A DNA stretch of 64,000 nucleotides, taken from NCBI GenBank assembly GCA_965247115.1, contig CBDFGR010000002.1, positions 2,112,001 through 2,176,000 on the forward strand, read 5' to 3'. The DNA is from Myxococcota bacterium (lineage in GTDB: Bacteria > Myxococcota_A > UBA9160 > SZUA-336). A model generated the notes under the pieces. It ran no database searches. It worked only from the letters and a program-made list of their open reading frames with translations, and was not told the DNA's origin. This document shows positions 20,887-30,968 of the stretch, piece after piece (position 1 is the first letter of the stretch; each line of letters begins with the position of its first letter). The position numbers and the translations under genes were made by a program.

Positions 20887-21975
20887 TTGGAGTTCGGTGT
20901 TTTTTCCACGATTGATGTTCGGCCGGACTGCGGGCAAACCGAGGTGAGCGCAACCGAGAATTTCTTGACGCAGTGTGAGTATGCGGACGAGTTGGAGTAC
21001 GACAGCGTCTGGCTTGCCGAGCAGCGGTTCTTCCCGGAATACTCGTGTTCGCCGGCGCCGGAACTGATGGCGGCGGCCTTGAGCCAGCGGACCCGCCGCG
21101 TCCGGATCGGGTTTGCCGTTCTGCTGATTCCCTACCATCATCCAATTCACACGGCGGGGAAGATCGCGACGCTGGATATCCTGACCCAGGGGCGGGTGGA
21201 CTTTGGCTTGGGGCGGGGAGTACAGCATGTGGAAGCCGAAGCGTTGGGTGTGTCGATGGAGGACAGCCGCGAGATCTTCGCTGAGCACCTTGAGGTTGTC
21301 CTCAAGGCGTGGACACAGGAGAAGTTCACGCACCGGGGAGTGCACTACGATATTCCCGAGAATCTCCGAGATGCGCGAGGCCGCGAGATTTCCATCATTC
21401 CCAAGCCGGTGCAGAAGCCGTACCCACCGGTGTGGATCGCGGCCGTTTCACGCAAGACCCCGGATATCGTCGGGAACATGGGGCACGGTCTGCTATTGAA
21501 CTCGCACTACGCCACGTTTAAGCAGATAGAGGGGTGGATCAAAACCTATCGAGCGGCCTTCAAGCAAGCTGGGCATAGCCACAAGCCCCGAATCGGCGTG
21601 CTGTCGGAGCTGTATGTAGACACGACGCAGAAGCAAGCACAGGAAGTCGCCGAGAAGTGCTTCCTCTGGAGCGCGAAGTACTCGGGTCAGATCGTCAAGA
21701 GCCTGGGGGCCAAACCAATCAAGAGCTACGAGGACTACTACAAGCTAACCAAGGCGGGAGGAATGCCGGACGACAAGATGACCTTCAAGGCGATGCAGGA
21801 AGTCAATTCGATCATCGTTGGCGACGCGGACTACTGCATCGACAGACTGAAGGCCTTCGAAGGACTGGGGGTAGACCTGCAAATCTCCTGGACACAGAGC
21901 GGCGGGATGCCACACCAGAAGGTGATGGACTCGATGAGGCTATTCTCGGACAAGGTCATCCCGGCCCTTCGCTAG
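20887..21975 (+). CDS. LLM-class (luciferase-like) flavin-dependent oxidoreductase
   Basis: MEFGVF, VWLAEQ, ATLDILTQGRVDFGLGRG, PKPVQKPYPP. Confidence 0.9.
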   Translation: MEFGVFSTIDVRPDCGQTEVSATENFLTQCEYADELEYDSVWLAEQRFFPEYSCSPAPELMAAALSQRTRRVRIGFAVLLIPYHHPIHTAGKIATLDILTQGRVDFGLGRGVQHVEAEALGVSMEDSREIFAEHLEVVLKAWTQEKFTHRGVHYDIPENLRDARGREISIIPKPVQKPYPPVWIAAVSRKTPDIVGNMGHGLLLNSHYATFKQIEGWIKTYRAAFKQAGHSHKPRIGVLSELYVDTTQKQAQEVAEKCFLWSAKYSGQIVKSLGAKPIKSYEDYYKLTKAGGMPDDKMTFKAMQEVNSIIVGDADYCIDRLKAFEGLGVDLQISWTQSGGMPHQKVMDSMRLFSDKVIPALR

Positions 21976-22018
21976 ACCGCAGCGCTTCGGGTGAGCCGAT
22001 TGAAGAGCCCGCTGTCCG

Positions 22019-22188
22019 GGGTCCGACTTCGACGGCGCGCCGTGGTTCCCCGAGGGTCTCGAGGACGTCGGCGACCTACCAACCTGACGCGCACGCTCGT
22101 GCGGCGCGGCTACGGCGAGGCGGACGTGCGCAAGGTTCTGGGCGAGAACATCCTGCGCGTCTTGGCGGAGGCGGAGCGCCCCCGCTAG
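22019..22188 (+). pseudogene. C-terminal fragment of membrane dipeptidase (M19)
   Basis: GSDFDG..GLEDVGDLP/NLT..RGYGEADVRKVLGENILRV with a 1-nt frameshift. Confidence 0.7.
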
Positions 22189-22189
22189 A

Positions 22190-22633
22190 TCACATCTTGG
22201 TGTAGTCCTCGGTGCGCCAGCGCTCGGGGCGCATGAAGATCACCACGAGGTCGTCGCCCATCGGCTTGACTATCTGCTCGAGGTACTGATCGCCACCCTC
22301 GGTTCCCAGGTAGCGGTGCGTCAGGGGACGTTGGTCCTTCTCCATTTCGGCCGGGCGCACCTCCGTGACCGGCCCCGAGACCGACACGTACCGTTGGTCG
22401 GGCGGTTCATCCTTCTGGACGACCAGCGTGAAGGTGCCCCTGCGCTTGGCCAAGCGAGCCTTGGCGGACGTGCGACCCGTCACGAACGAGACGGACCCGC
22501 CGGGTTGGTAGTCGTACCAAACCGGCACCGCCAGCGGGGCCGCGTCGCCCTTCCGCGCGATACACACGACGCCGACGCGCACTTCGGCCAGAAACTGCTC
22601 CCGTTCCGCCTGGGTCATATCGAGTCTGGACAT
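22190..22633 (-). CDS. Pyridoxamine-oxidase-like (PPOX) protein
   Basis: MTQAEREQFL, PLAVPVWY, YVSVSG, RPERW. Confidence 0.85.
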   Translation of the reverse strand: MSRLDMTQAEREQFLAEVRVGVVCIARKGDAAPLAVPVWYDYQPGGSVSFVTGRTSAKARLAKRRGTFTLVVQKDEPPDQRYVSVSGPVTEVRPAEMEKDQRPLTHRYLGTEGGDQYLEQIVKPMGDDLVVIFMRPERWRTEDYTKM

Positions 22634-22760
22634 GCGCCTAGTTTACGCGCTCACGCGGCGGGGCGCGACCTCAGCGGCGAAGCGCTGCAACGCACTCCGG
22701 CCCGCGATGGCCACCGTCCCGGAACCTCTCTGATCGGAATCAGTTCGCCTTATGGTTTTG

Positions 22761-22820
22761 GGAGCCGGTCAGCTGGCGTACGTCGCCGACGGCGAGTCTG
22801 GCTTGCGGGTGATCGACGTA
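22761..22820 (+). pseudogene. Isolated LVIVD-repeat fragment
   Basis: Translates GQLAYVADGESGLRVIDV. Confidence 0.55.
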
Positions 22821-22855
22821 GGCCGGCTCGGACTCTAGCTCCGAGCCGGGCGGCG

Positions 22856-24820
22856 TCAGCGCACGTCGAGATCTGCGAAGTTTGGTTCCCGCAGCAAGTT
22901 CCACATCTCCAACGATGTCAGCGGATTCTGCGTCGCGGACCGGCCGAACCTCGTCCAGTAGTAGTTCTCCGCGCGGGGATCGCTCCACGCCATGCGCCGG
23001 TTGCGCTCGTCGATCATCTCGTTGTAGCGCCGGTAGGGCTCCTCTTTGACGTCGATCGACTTCTTGTCGTCGAGAATGAGCCGCTCGATACATTTGAGCG
23101 CGTAGAACGTTTCCAGTTCCTGGAACGCGGGCACCAGCAGGCCCCCGTTTGTATTGGGACCATACAACGTCCACAGATTGGGGCAGCCCGGGATCATAGC
23201 GCCCACGTAGCCCTGTGCACCCGTCTGCGCCCAAAGTTTCTCGACGGTCATGCCACCACGGCCGGTGATCGACATCGGGAACAGGTACTCGGTCGCCTTG
23301 AACCCCGTCGCGTAAACAATGGCATCCACCTCGTGGACCGTACCGTCCTCGGTCTCCACGCCCGTTTCGGTGATCCCGCGGATGCCATCCACGACTAGCG
23401 TAACGTTGTCGCGCTGGATGGCGTCGAGAAAGCTGTACGCGGGATCGACCAACACCGGCCGCGCCGATAGAACGGGGTGCTCTGGCGTCATCTTCTCGAT
23501 CAGGTGCGCGTCCCCGAGCTTCTCTTCGAGGAACGCGATGCAGTCGTCGCGAGCGGCTTTGTTGATTGGGCTCACCGCGTGCTCGTCCTGGAAGTCCGGA
23601 TCGATCTTGGTGAGGCCGATGAACCCCTCTGCAAAGCTCGCCGCGACGCGCATGCGCAGGAAGTTCGCGTAGTACGGCAAGTTCCGATCCAGCCAGGGCA
23701 CCTGCGGGGGGAACGGCGACCGGTAGCCCGGCACCTGGAAGAGCCACTGGGGCGTGCGCTGAAAGACGGTGACCTGGTCCGCCTCGAGCGCCAGCTCCGG
23801 GACCAGCTGAATACCCGTACAGCCCGTGCCGATGACCGCCACACGCTTGCCGGTCGGATCGAACTCTGCCGGCCAGCGTGCCGTGTGCCAGGACGGACCC
23901 TTGAAACGCTCCATGCCGGGGATCTCCGGCGTATTCGGGCGATTGAGGAAGCCCACCGCGGTAATCACCGCGTTCGAGCGCAGCGTGCGCTTACCCTCCG
24001 GGCCGTCGACCGTGATCTCCCACATTGAAGCCGCTTCGTCCCATACCAACGAGCAGACTTCCGTTTCGAAGGTGATGTCACCGCGCACGTTGAACGTGTC
24101 GGCCACCCAGTCGAAGTACTTCTGGTTCTCGGTCCAAGGACAGAACGCATACGGGTAGCTGTAGTCGACGCCGAAGATGTGCGAGTAAAGCCGGCTTGGG
24201 GTGTCGACGCGCGCACCCGGGTAGCGGTTCTCGTACCAGGTGCCGCCGACACCATCGTTCTTCTCGATTACCCAGAACGGAATCCCGGCTCGCTTGAGCT
24301 GAATGGCTGCGTTGAGGCCTCCCATTCCGGCGCCGATCACGGTGACCGAGAAATCCTCGAGTCGCTGCGGCGCAGGCTCCTGCGACCATTCCAGACCGCG
24401 AGCCCATGGATTCAGTGCCAGTTCTTCGAGCCACAGCTCGATCGAGTCGGGCTCGAGTTCAGTGCCGATGGTCAGGGCCATACTCGTCGGCAGACGGTCC
24501 CTAGGACCAATGCCAAGTTCGCTGGCACCGCTGTCCCGATAGGATCTGAGGAATTCGGCTGCTTTGCGGCGGACGAGCGCTGCGTCTTCCTCACCCAGTT
24601 CCATGGCGGCGAAGAAGCCGTTGCCGCCTCTCCTCGAGGGAGTCGTTGTCGCAAGCTGCGGATCGCCAGTGAGCTGATAGATCAGCCCCCTGAGCGCCAT
24701 CGGGTCGGCGAATTCTGTCGCCTCCTCGATCGTCGCATCATTCGCCGCAAGCAACTCTTCGCGAGCCCCAGCGTCCGCCACCCAGCCGTTCTCACTCCGG
24801 TCCTTGATCGGTTCAGTCAT
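22856..24820 (-). CDS. Baeyer-Villiger monooxygenase with N-terminal extension (4-hydroxyacetophenone monooxygenase-like)
   Basis: VIGAGMGG, GGTWYENRYPG, FKGPSWHTARWP fingerprint, VIGTGCTG, YATGF. Confidence 0.88.
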   Translation of the reverse strand: MTEPIKDRSENGWVADAGAREELLAANDATIEEATEFADPMALRGLIYQLTGDPQLATTTPSRRGGNGFFAAMELGEEDAALVRRKAAEFLRSYRDSGASELGIGPRDRLPTSMALTIGTELEPDSIELWLEELALNPWARGLEWSQEPAPQRLEDFSVTVIGAGMGGLNAAIQLKRAGIPFWVIEKNDGVGGTWYENRYPGARVDTPSRLYSHIFGVDYSYPYAFCPWTENQKYFDWVADTFNVRGDITFETEVCSLVWDEAASMWEITVDGPEGKRTLRSNAVITAVGFLNRPNTPEIPGMERFKGPSWHTARWPAEFDPTGKRVAVIGTGCTGIQLVPELALEADQVTVFQRTPQWLFQVPGYRSPFPPQVPWLDRNLPYYANFLRMRVAASFAEGFIGLTKIDPDFQDEHAVSPINKAARDDCIAFLEEKLGDAHLIEKMTPEHPVLSARPVLVDPAYSFLDAIQRDNVTLVVDGIRGITETGVETEDGTVHEVDAIVYATGFKATEYLFPMSITGRGGMTVEKLWAQTGAQGYVGAMIPGCPNLWTLYGPNTNGGLLVPAFQELETFYALKCIERLILDDKKSIDVKEEPYRRYNEMIDERNRRMAWSDPRAENYYWTRFGRSATQNPLTSLEMWNLLREPNFADLDVR

Positions 24821-25080
24821 TGGTTGACCTCAGGCGCGGTGGCCCGAAAGCTCCGTTTCCCGAGGTCCCCTTTCCAACCGTGCGTGCGGATTACCCGCAC
24901 ACGGCTGACCGATGGTCTTCTCACGTCGCATGCACACCTCCAGGATAGTGTACGGTACCGAGCAGTCGATAGAGGCCGTGGTCTTCCACAAGGCGCTTAT
25001 GGGGCCACTCCCGTGGATTGCAGCGTGGACGCCGGCGGCCACCCCGCTGTGCCAGGAGCCGCACCAGGCGATCCCTGACC
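24819..25080 (-). mobile_element. 3' end of a group II intron (maturase tail, domain V, domain VI)
   Basis: ORF tail ..HGLYRLLGTVHYPG (stop 24921); DV AGCCGTGTGCGGGTAATCCGCACGCACGGTT (24906-24876); DVI stem GACCTCGGG/CCTGAGGTC with bulged A; ends ACCAAT. Confidence 0.85.
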
Positions 25081-25276
25081 AGGTGCTGGGCCACAGCCGC
25101 TACGCCTCCAGCTCGTGGAACTCCCGGCCCGTGTACCGGGCCACATCGACCGCAAGGCCCTCGACCCACTCGTAGGCCTCGCGGAGCAGCGGTGCCGGGG
25201 CCGGCGTCGGGTCGGCTTCGAGGAGGGAGGTGTAGGTCGGGCCCGTGGAGCGCGCCTGTCCCCGTGTCGCGGTCAT
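25081..25276 (-). pseudogene. N-terminal fragment of a Rieske oxygenase alpha subunit
   Basis: VDVARYTGREFHELEA*RLWPSTW, with internal TAG, cut by the intron fragment. Confidence 0.65.
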
Positions 25277-25288
25277 CCTGTCTCCCCA

Positions 25289-25719
25289 GTGGCACCGGAC
25301 GTCGGCGGGTCTTGAATACCAGATGAGTTGGGACTCGTGTCGTTCGCCTTTAAATAGTTCGGGAACGACGCCTATAATGCTTCCACCTAGTGAAGGGAGG
25401 CTTCCCCATGGCCGAGTATGACCTGCACATTCGCGGCGGCACGATCGTGGACGGGACGAGGGTTCGCGGGTGACCTCTGGGTGAAGGACGGACGGATCGC
25501 GCAGATCGGCGGTCGGGCCCCGGGCGCCGCCGCGCGCGAGGTCGACGCTGGCGGACACATCGTCGCCCCCGGCTTCGTGGACCTTCACACCCACTACGAC
25601 GCCCAGATCCGCTGGGACCCGTGGTGTACGATCTCCGGCTGGCACGGGGTGACCTCCGTCGTGCTCGGGAACTGCGGGTTCGGGTTCGCACCGGTCCGAC
25701 CCGAGTTCCGGGAGCGCTC
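25289..25719 (+). repeat. Diverged 5' partial copy (C) of the amidohydrolase unit
   Basis: Matches the start of copy B with promoter substitutions and an 8-bp deletion between GGTT repeats. Confidence 0.92.
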
Positions 25720-26070
25720 GCGGCGCGCGGGACGGTCTTCGACCGCGCCTACGTGGCCAATCCGATCTGCATGCCCAACCGCTGCAGTATCCTCACCGGC
25801 CGCCTGCCGTCCGCACACCGCGTCATCTCGAACGATCGCTCGCTCGCCCTCAACAGCCGCACGTTCGCGCGAGCGCTGCGCGAGGCGTCGTACCGGACGG
25901 CGCTCGTCGGGAAATCTCACATCCAGCACGGGATGAGTCGCGGCAGCCGCCGGGCGGCCACCCTCGCGTCGCCGCTCGGCGACCCCTTCGAACCGGCTGG
26001 GACTCCTGGGAGGATCCGGACCGCTACCTCGATGCCGAGTTAGAGGTGCCGCCGGACTTCTACGGCTTCG
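25714..26070 (+). pseudogene. Sulfatase internal fragment
   Basis: ALAARGTVFDRAYVANPICMPNRCSILTG (CxPxR), LVGKSH; frameshift near 26000. Confidence 0.82.
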
Positions 26071-26125
26071 GAAGCCTCCGGCGTCGAGTACACTAAAGAC
26101 ATGAAAGCGCTGGTGATCGGCGGAA

Positions 26126-26230
26126 CGCGTCGAGCGCCGGTGTCCGGACCGTCGGGTTGCCGCCACAGCCGGTGTGGTCCGCGCCCTGCTGGTCGGTGAG
26201 AATCAGGAGGACGTTGGGTCTCGGTTTCAC
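26126..26230 (-). pseudogene. Sulfatase N-terminus (opposite strand to its continuation)
   Basis: RPNVLLILTDQQGADHTGCGGNPTVRTPALDA. Confidence 0.82.
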
Positions 26231-26275
26231 CGCCGGCGTCGATTCTAACAGGATCCGCGGATCAGGGGAGTAGAG

Positions 26276-28456
26276 ATGACCGTTTTGCCTCGGTGGTTGG
26301 GTTTGTTTCTCGTCGGTGCTCTGAGCGCGGCGTGTTCGCAGGAGGGCGGTGAGGCGACGCCCTCGGGCGCGGGCGCCGAGCTGGCTTCCGCTCAGGACGG
26401 CGCGCCGGCGCCCACGCTCGCGCTGATCGACGACGCGCGCATCCGGAACGCCGAAAGTGAGCCCGGCAACTGGCTCGCGTACGGGCGCACCTTCGAGGAG
26501 CAGCGCTTCTCGCCGCTCGACCAGATCGACCGCGAGACCGTCGCGCGGCTCGGGCTGGCCTACGCGGTGGACCTCGGGACGAACCAGCCGCTCGAGGCGA
26601 CCCCGATCGTGGTCGACGGCACGATCTTCTTTTCGAGCGCCTGGAACATCGTCTACGCCCTCGACGCGGCCACGGGCGCGGAGCGCTGGCGCTACGACCC
26701 GCAGGTGCCGCGGGAGTTCATGCGCAAGGCGTGCTGCGGCCCGGTCAGTCGCGGCGTCGCGGTCTACGGGGGACGCGTCTACGCGGCGACCCTCGAGGGG
26801 CGCCTGCTCGCACTCGACGCGGCCACCGGCGAGAAGGTGTGGGAGGTCGATACCGTCACCGACCACACCCGGAACTACTCCATCACGGGGGCCCCGCGGG
26901 CCGCCGGAGGCAAAGTCTTCATCGGCAACGGCGGCGCCGACTTCGGCGTGCGCGGCTATGTCACGGCGTACGACGCCGAGACCGGCGAGCAAGTCTGGCG
27001 CTTCTTCACCGTGCCCGGCAATCCGGCCGAGCCCTTCGAGCACCCGGAGCTGGAGCTCGCGGCAGAGACCTGGAAGGGGGGCGAGTGGTGGAAGATCGGC
27101 GGCGGAGGCACCGCGTGGAACTCGCTCGTGTACGACCCCGACTTCAACCACTTGTACATCGGAGTGGGCAACGGCGCGCCGTGGACGCGCGTCATCCGCT
27201 CCCCCGGCGGCGGCGACAACCTATTTCTCGCGGCCATCGTCGCGGTCGACGCCGATACGGGTCGTATGAAGTGGTACTACCAGACCACGCCCGGCGAAAA
27301 CTGGGACTACACGTCGGTGCAGGACATGATGCTCGCGGAAATGGAGGTCGACGGGAAGGCGCGGAAGGTACTCATGCAGGCGCCAAAGAACGGCTTCTTC
27401 TACGTGATCGATCGCTCCGACGGCACGCTCCTCCGCGCGAACCCCTTCGTGGCAGTGACGTGGGCCACACACGTGGATCTGGAGACGGGCCGTCCCGTCG
27501 AGAACCCCGACCTCGACTACGTCGACTCTCCGAAGTGGATCCTCCCCGGGGCGCTCGGAGGCCACAACTGGCAGGCCATGTCGTACGACGCCGAAGCTGG
27601 GCTCGTCTACCTCCCGGCTCAGGACCGGCCGGTCCTCTACGCGCTGGACGACGAGTTCAAGGAGACCGGCTTCTACAAGCGCAACGAGAGTACTCTCAAC
27701 TACGGCCTCGAGTTCGCACTGGCGGACGAGACACCGGGTGAGACCGAGTCGCGGGGGTACCTTAAGGCCTTTGATCCCCTCACTGGCGAAGAGCGCTGGG
27801 TCGTAGAGCACGCGCACCACTGGAATGGCGGAGTCCTGGCCACCGCCGGGGGGCTGGTGTTCCAGGGCGACGGGATGGGTTTCGTCACCGCCTACGATTC
27901 GAGCGACGGCAACCCTCTCTGGCGCTTCAACGCCTACACCTCCATCCTCGCGCCGCCGATCAGCTTCGCGCTTGACGGAGTCCAGCACATCGCCCTGCTG
28001 ACCGGCGGCGGCAGCGACTACTTCGACGGTCTGGTCAACGAGACCGCGACGGTCAAGTATGGGAACTTCGGCCGGCTCCTCGTGTTCAAGCTCGACGGCG
28101 ACGCGGAGCTCTCCGCGCCGACCGTCCTCGATCGGCGCATCCCTGAGCAAGCCCCCGTCACCGCGTCGGCTGCGGACCTGAAGCGCGGCGAGGAGCTCTA
28201 CACGCTGGTGTGTGCCTATTGCCACGGCGTCCTGGCGAAGTCGAACGGGGTCCTTCCGGACCTGCGGCTGATGACGGACGAGCGACATGCCGCGTTCAAC
28301 GACATCGTGCTCGGCGGGGCCCTGCGCGGGAACGGCATGGCGTCCTTCGCGGACTTCCTGAACGAGGCCGACGCAGAGCGCGTCCATACCTACATCATCT
28401 CGCGCGCGGCGATCGACCGGGCCGAGGCGCTCGCGGAGGCGAACGCAGGGGACTAG
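26276..28456 (+). CDS. Quinohemoprotein (PQQ + cytochrome c) alcohol dehydrogenase
   Basis: Lipobox-like LSAAC, vicinal CC (ACCGPVSRG), WDYT, QAPKNGFFY, C-terminal CAYCH. Confidence 0.92.
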   Translation: MTVLPRWLGLFLVGALSAACSQEGGEATPSGAGAELASAQDGAPAPTLALIDDARIRNAESEPGNWLAYGRTFEEQRFSPLDQIDRETVARLGLAYAVDLGTNQPLEATPIVVDGTIFFSSAWNIVYALDAATGAERWRYDPQVPREFMRKACCGPVSRGVAVYGGRVYAATLEGRLLALDAATGEKVWEVDTVTDHTRNYSITGAPRAAGGKVFIGNGGADFGVRGYVTAYDAETGEQVWRFFTVPGNPAEPFEHPELELAAETWKGGEWWKIGGGGTAWNSLVYDPDFNHLYIGVGNGAPWTRVIRSPGGGDNLFLAAIVAVDADTGRMKWYYQTTPGENWDYTSVQDMMLAEMEVDGKARKVLMQAPKNGFFYVIDRSDGTLLRANPFVAVTWATHVDLETGRPVENPDLDYVDSPKWILPGALGGHNWQAMSYDAEAGLVYLPAQDRPVLYALDDEFKETGFYKRNESTLNYGLEFALADETPGETESRGYLKAFDPLTGEERWVVEHAHHWNGGVLATAGGLVFQGDGMGFVTAYDSSDGNPLWRFNAYTSILAPPISFALDGVQHIALLTGGGSDYFDGLVNETATVKYGNFGRLLVFKLDGDAELSAPTVLDRRIPEQAPVTASAADLKRGEELYTLVCAYCHGVLAKSNGVLPDLRLMTDERHAAFNDIVLGGALRGNGMASFADFLNEADAERVHTYIISRAAIDRAEALAEANAGD

Positions 28457-28673
28457 AGCGGCGCCTTCGGAGGTAGGTCGGGCGGGAGCCCTGCAGGGAC
28501 CGGACCCCCACCCCCAGGTACGAACCGCCGTGCGCGGCGACCGCCGCATCGGCGAGCGCGAGGAGGAGCGTCACGCCTCGGGCACCCGCTTGACCGCCCG
28601 GACCAGCAGGGGCTTGGGGACGCTCGACACGCCGGACACGTCGCCGTCCGCGTCTAGCACGAAGCTCGGGGGG

Positions 28674-29016
28674 CGCCCGGCTTCGCGGCCAGGGCTGCCT
28701 CGGTTTCGACCAGGCCGGTCAGGCGGAAGTGGCTTCCGCGCGTTTCGTTGAGCCACGCCAGGGCGGCGTCGGCCGGAAGTCTCAGCTGCGGAGGGATGTC
28801 TTCGAGCAGTTGTAGACGTCAGGCTCCCGGCGCGTACCCGTGGCGCAACAGCTTGCCCGGGGTCGCGCCGGTGCACTTGCCGTCCGCGAACGTGACCTCG
28901 CCGTTGACGACGATGGCGCGGTAGCCGATCGCGTGCTGCACGCGGCGCCACTCGCCTCCCGGGAAGTCGTGGGCGACCTCGCCGGTCCAGCGCGGGGAGA
29001 TGTCGAGCGCGTCCAG
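28674..29016 (-). repeat. 3' partial copy (D) of the amidohydrolase unit
   Basis: Direct match to 944-1286 (343 bp). Confidence 0.93.
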
Positions 29017-29024
29017 AGGCCGCG

Positions 29025-29318
29025 ACCCGGGATGCCCTGGGGGACCGCGAGTTCGACCTGGTTGTCGCGATGTACGGCCGGTTGCGGATGCTGGCCCGGT
29101 TTCTTCAGGGTCGGTGCGGGCGTGTGATCTCGGTCGGCGGCGTGCCGGTCTACCGGGGCTACGCCCGTCCGACGACCGTGTTTCCGGTGGGGTTGCCCGT
29201 GCCCACGCGCGAGGACGCGCCGAAGGCCGGACCGGACGAGGTCGGGAAAGTCCTCCGCATCATCGAGACCGAGGACGTCGTCTTCGAGTGTCACCCGACG
29301 GCCGCCCACTTCCGCTAA
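29025..29318 (+). pseudogene. NAD-dependent epimerase/dehydratase-like internal fragment (putative N-terminus MKALVIGGT at 26101-26126)
   Basis: EFDLVVAMYGRLR..GRVISVGGVPVYRG..AHFR then a junction. Confidence 0.6.
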
Positions 29319-29480
29319 TTGCCGAGCGTGTGGATCGCGCTGACGACGAGCCGGCGCGACCGCCGCACCTCCGGCTTCCTCGAGGGTGTGAACACGTTCG
29401 TGTGCTTCCGCAGGGATGCCGAAGTCCTCCTTGTGCATGCACACCGCGTTCTCGACCGCAGCTACGGCAACCGCGAGCAG
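29316..29480 (-). pseudogene. Copper amine oxidase fragment
   Basis: NAVCMHKEDFGI / LRKHTN..EVRRSRRLVVSAIHTLGN(Y), cut at the TPQ-precursor Tyr. Confidence 0.7.
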
Positions 29481-29640
29481 CAAGGACGCCCTGGAGTTTC
29501 TCGGCCAGCGCAGCGGCGGCAGGACCTTCATCATCGACCACGCGGCGCTGAGCGCGAGCAGCATTCTGAAGACCGTCGTCAGCGCTCACAGGGGCATCTC
29601 GTTCGAGCTGATTGCGGACGCTGCCAAACGGGATCTGGCG

Positions 29641-30159
29641 CTACGTACTCGGCCTCGCCCTCCTGATGTGCGCGGTCGCCGTCGTCACGTACCGCGTCAG
29701 ATCGTTCGAGGACCAGCGCTCGGGTCGCACGCTCATCAGCACGCTATGGGACAGCGTCACCTCGATCTGCTTCGCGTACAGCTCTGCAGCCTCCTTGTCC
29801 AGATAGCGGTAACAGAGAGGCAGCAGGTCCTTCATCTTCGGTTCCCGTAGAGAGGCCACGGGACCTTCGACGCTGACGTAGGTCCTGAAGTCGCTCGTCA
29901 TCAAGAAGGTGACCGCGACCCCTGGCCGCAGGAGCTTGCCCTTGAGCGAAGTCTTCTCCGTGATGATCCAGACATCGCCGCCCGGTTCGTAGCCGTACCA
30001 CATGGGGACCGACAGTGGGCCGCGTCCCTCGCGCTGGATGGACATCACGGTGAAGTGGGGCTGGGCCAGGAAGGCCTCGCGCTGCTCGCGCGACATCGGA
30101 TTCCGCACGCTCTCGAAGTACTCCTGGGCCGCGGCAGTGATCGGGGTCCTGCTCTCCAT
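29641..30159 (-). CDS. PPOX-like protein (C-terminus possibly chimeric)
   Basis: MSREQREAFL, PLSVPMWY, YVSVEG, RPERW. Confidence 0.75.
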   Translation of the reverse strand: MESRTPITAAAQEYFESVRNPMSREQREAFLAQPHFTVMSIQREGRGPLSVPMWYGYEPGGDVWIITEKTSLKGKLLRPGVAVTFLMTSDFRTYVSVEGPVASLREPKMKDLLPLCYRYLDKEAAELYAKQIEVTLSHSVLMSVRPERWSSNDLTRYVTTATAHIRRARPST

Positions 30160-30324
30160 GCGAGTCCTCCTTCGCTTGCGCTGCCTTTCGTGGGACCGAA
30201 GTCCGCTCTCTTTGACTCTCCGCCCGCGTCCGGGTAAGGCAGCGAGGCCTACGGCGTCGCAGAGACGATGGTACCATACCGGGCCGCCCGAGGTCGCGGC
30301 AGCAACGAGGGGACGAACGTGTCG

Positions 30325-30968
30325 ATGTCGGGTATCTCGCTGGACGGCAAGGTCGCCATCGTGACCGGCGGCTCGAAGGGAATCGGTCGCGCCATCGCTC
30401 TCACACTGGCCGGGAACGGCGCCAGGGTCGCAATCGCCGCGCGGGGCAAGGAAGCCCTGGAGAAGACGGCGAAGGAGATCGAGCAAGAGCGGCGGACGTG
30501 CGCTCTCCGTCCAGGCCGACGTAACGAACACCGACGATCTCGTTCGCCTGCATCGGGAGACGGTCGAGCAGCTCGGCGACGTCGACATTCTGGTCAACAA
30601 CGCCCTGTACTCCGCGGGTTCCGGGGACGGTCCGGCGACGGCGATCACCGAAGACGATTTCGTGAATACGATGCGGGGGAACGTCTGGGCTCCGCTCCGC
30701 CTGGCTCAGCTCTGTCACTCGTCCATGGCGAAGCGCGGCGGAGGCGTCGTTCTCAACATCTCGTCCAATGCCGGGTTTATCGGCGATCCGGTCTCGGTGC
30801 CTACCCGTCGTCGAAGGCCGCCCTCATCAATCTCACCAAGCAGCTGGCCAAGGAATGGGCGTCGGATCGGATCCGGGTCGTCTGCATCGCCCCGGGCCTC
30901 GTTCGTACGGACGTCGCGCGCGGCCTGGTCGAGATGGTGGAGAAGGGGCAGGTCCAGTTCGCGCTGGG
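30325..30968 (+). pseudogene. SDR oxidoreductase, frameshifted twice and 3'-truncated
   Basis: [16 protein letters not shown] and YPSSK occur in different frames. Confidence 0.82.

Noticed and set aside
25100..25102. In-frame TAG as pyrrolysine or recoding
   Set aside because: It lies in a truncated Rieske fragment; ordinary nonsense decay is simpler.
26276..28456. Lanthanide-dependent alcohol dehydrogenase
   Set aside because: The motif reads WDYT, lacking the second Asp of the D-x-D lanthanide signature.
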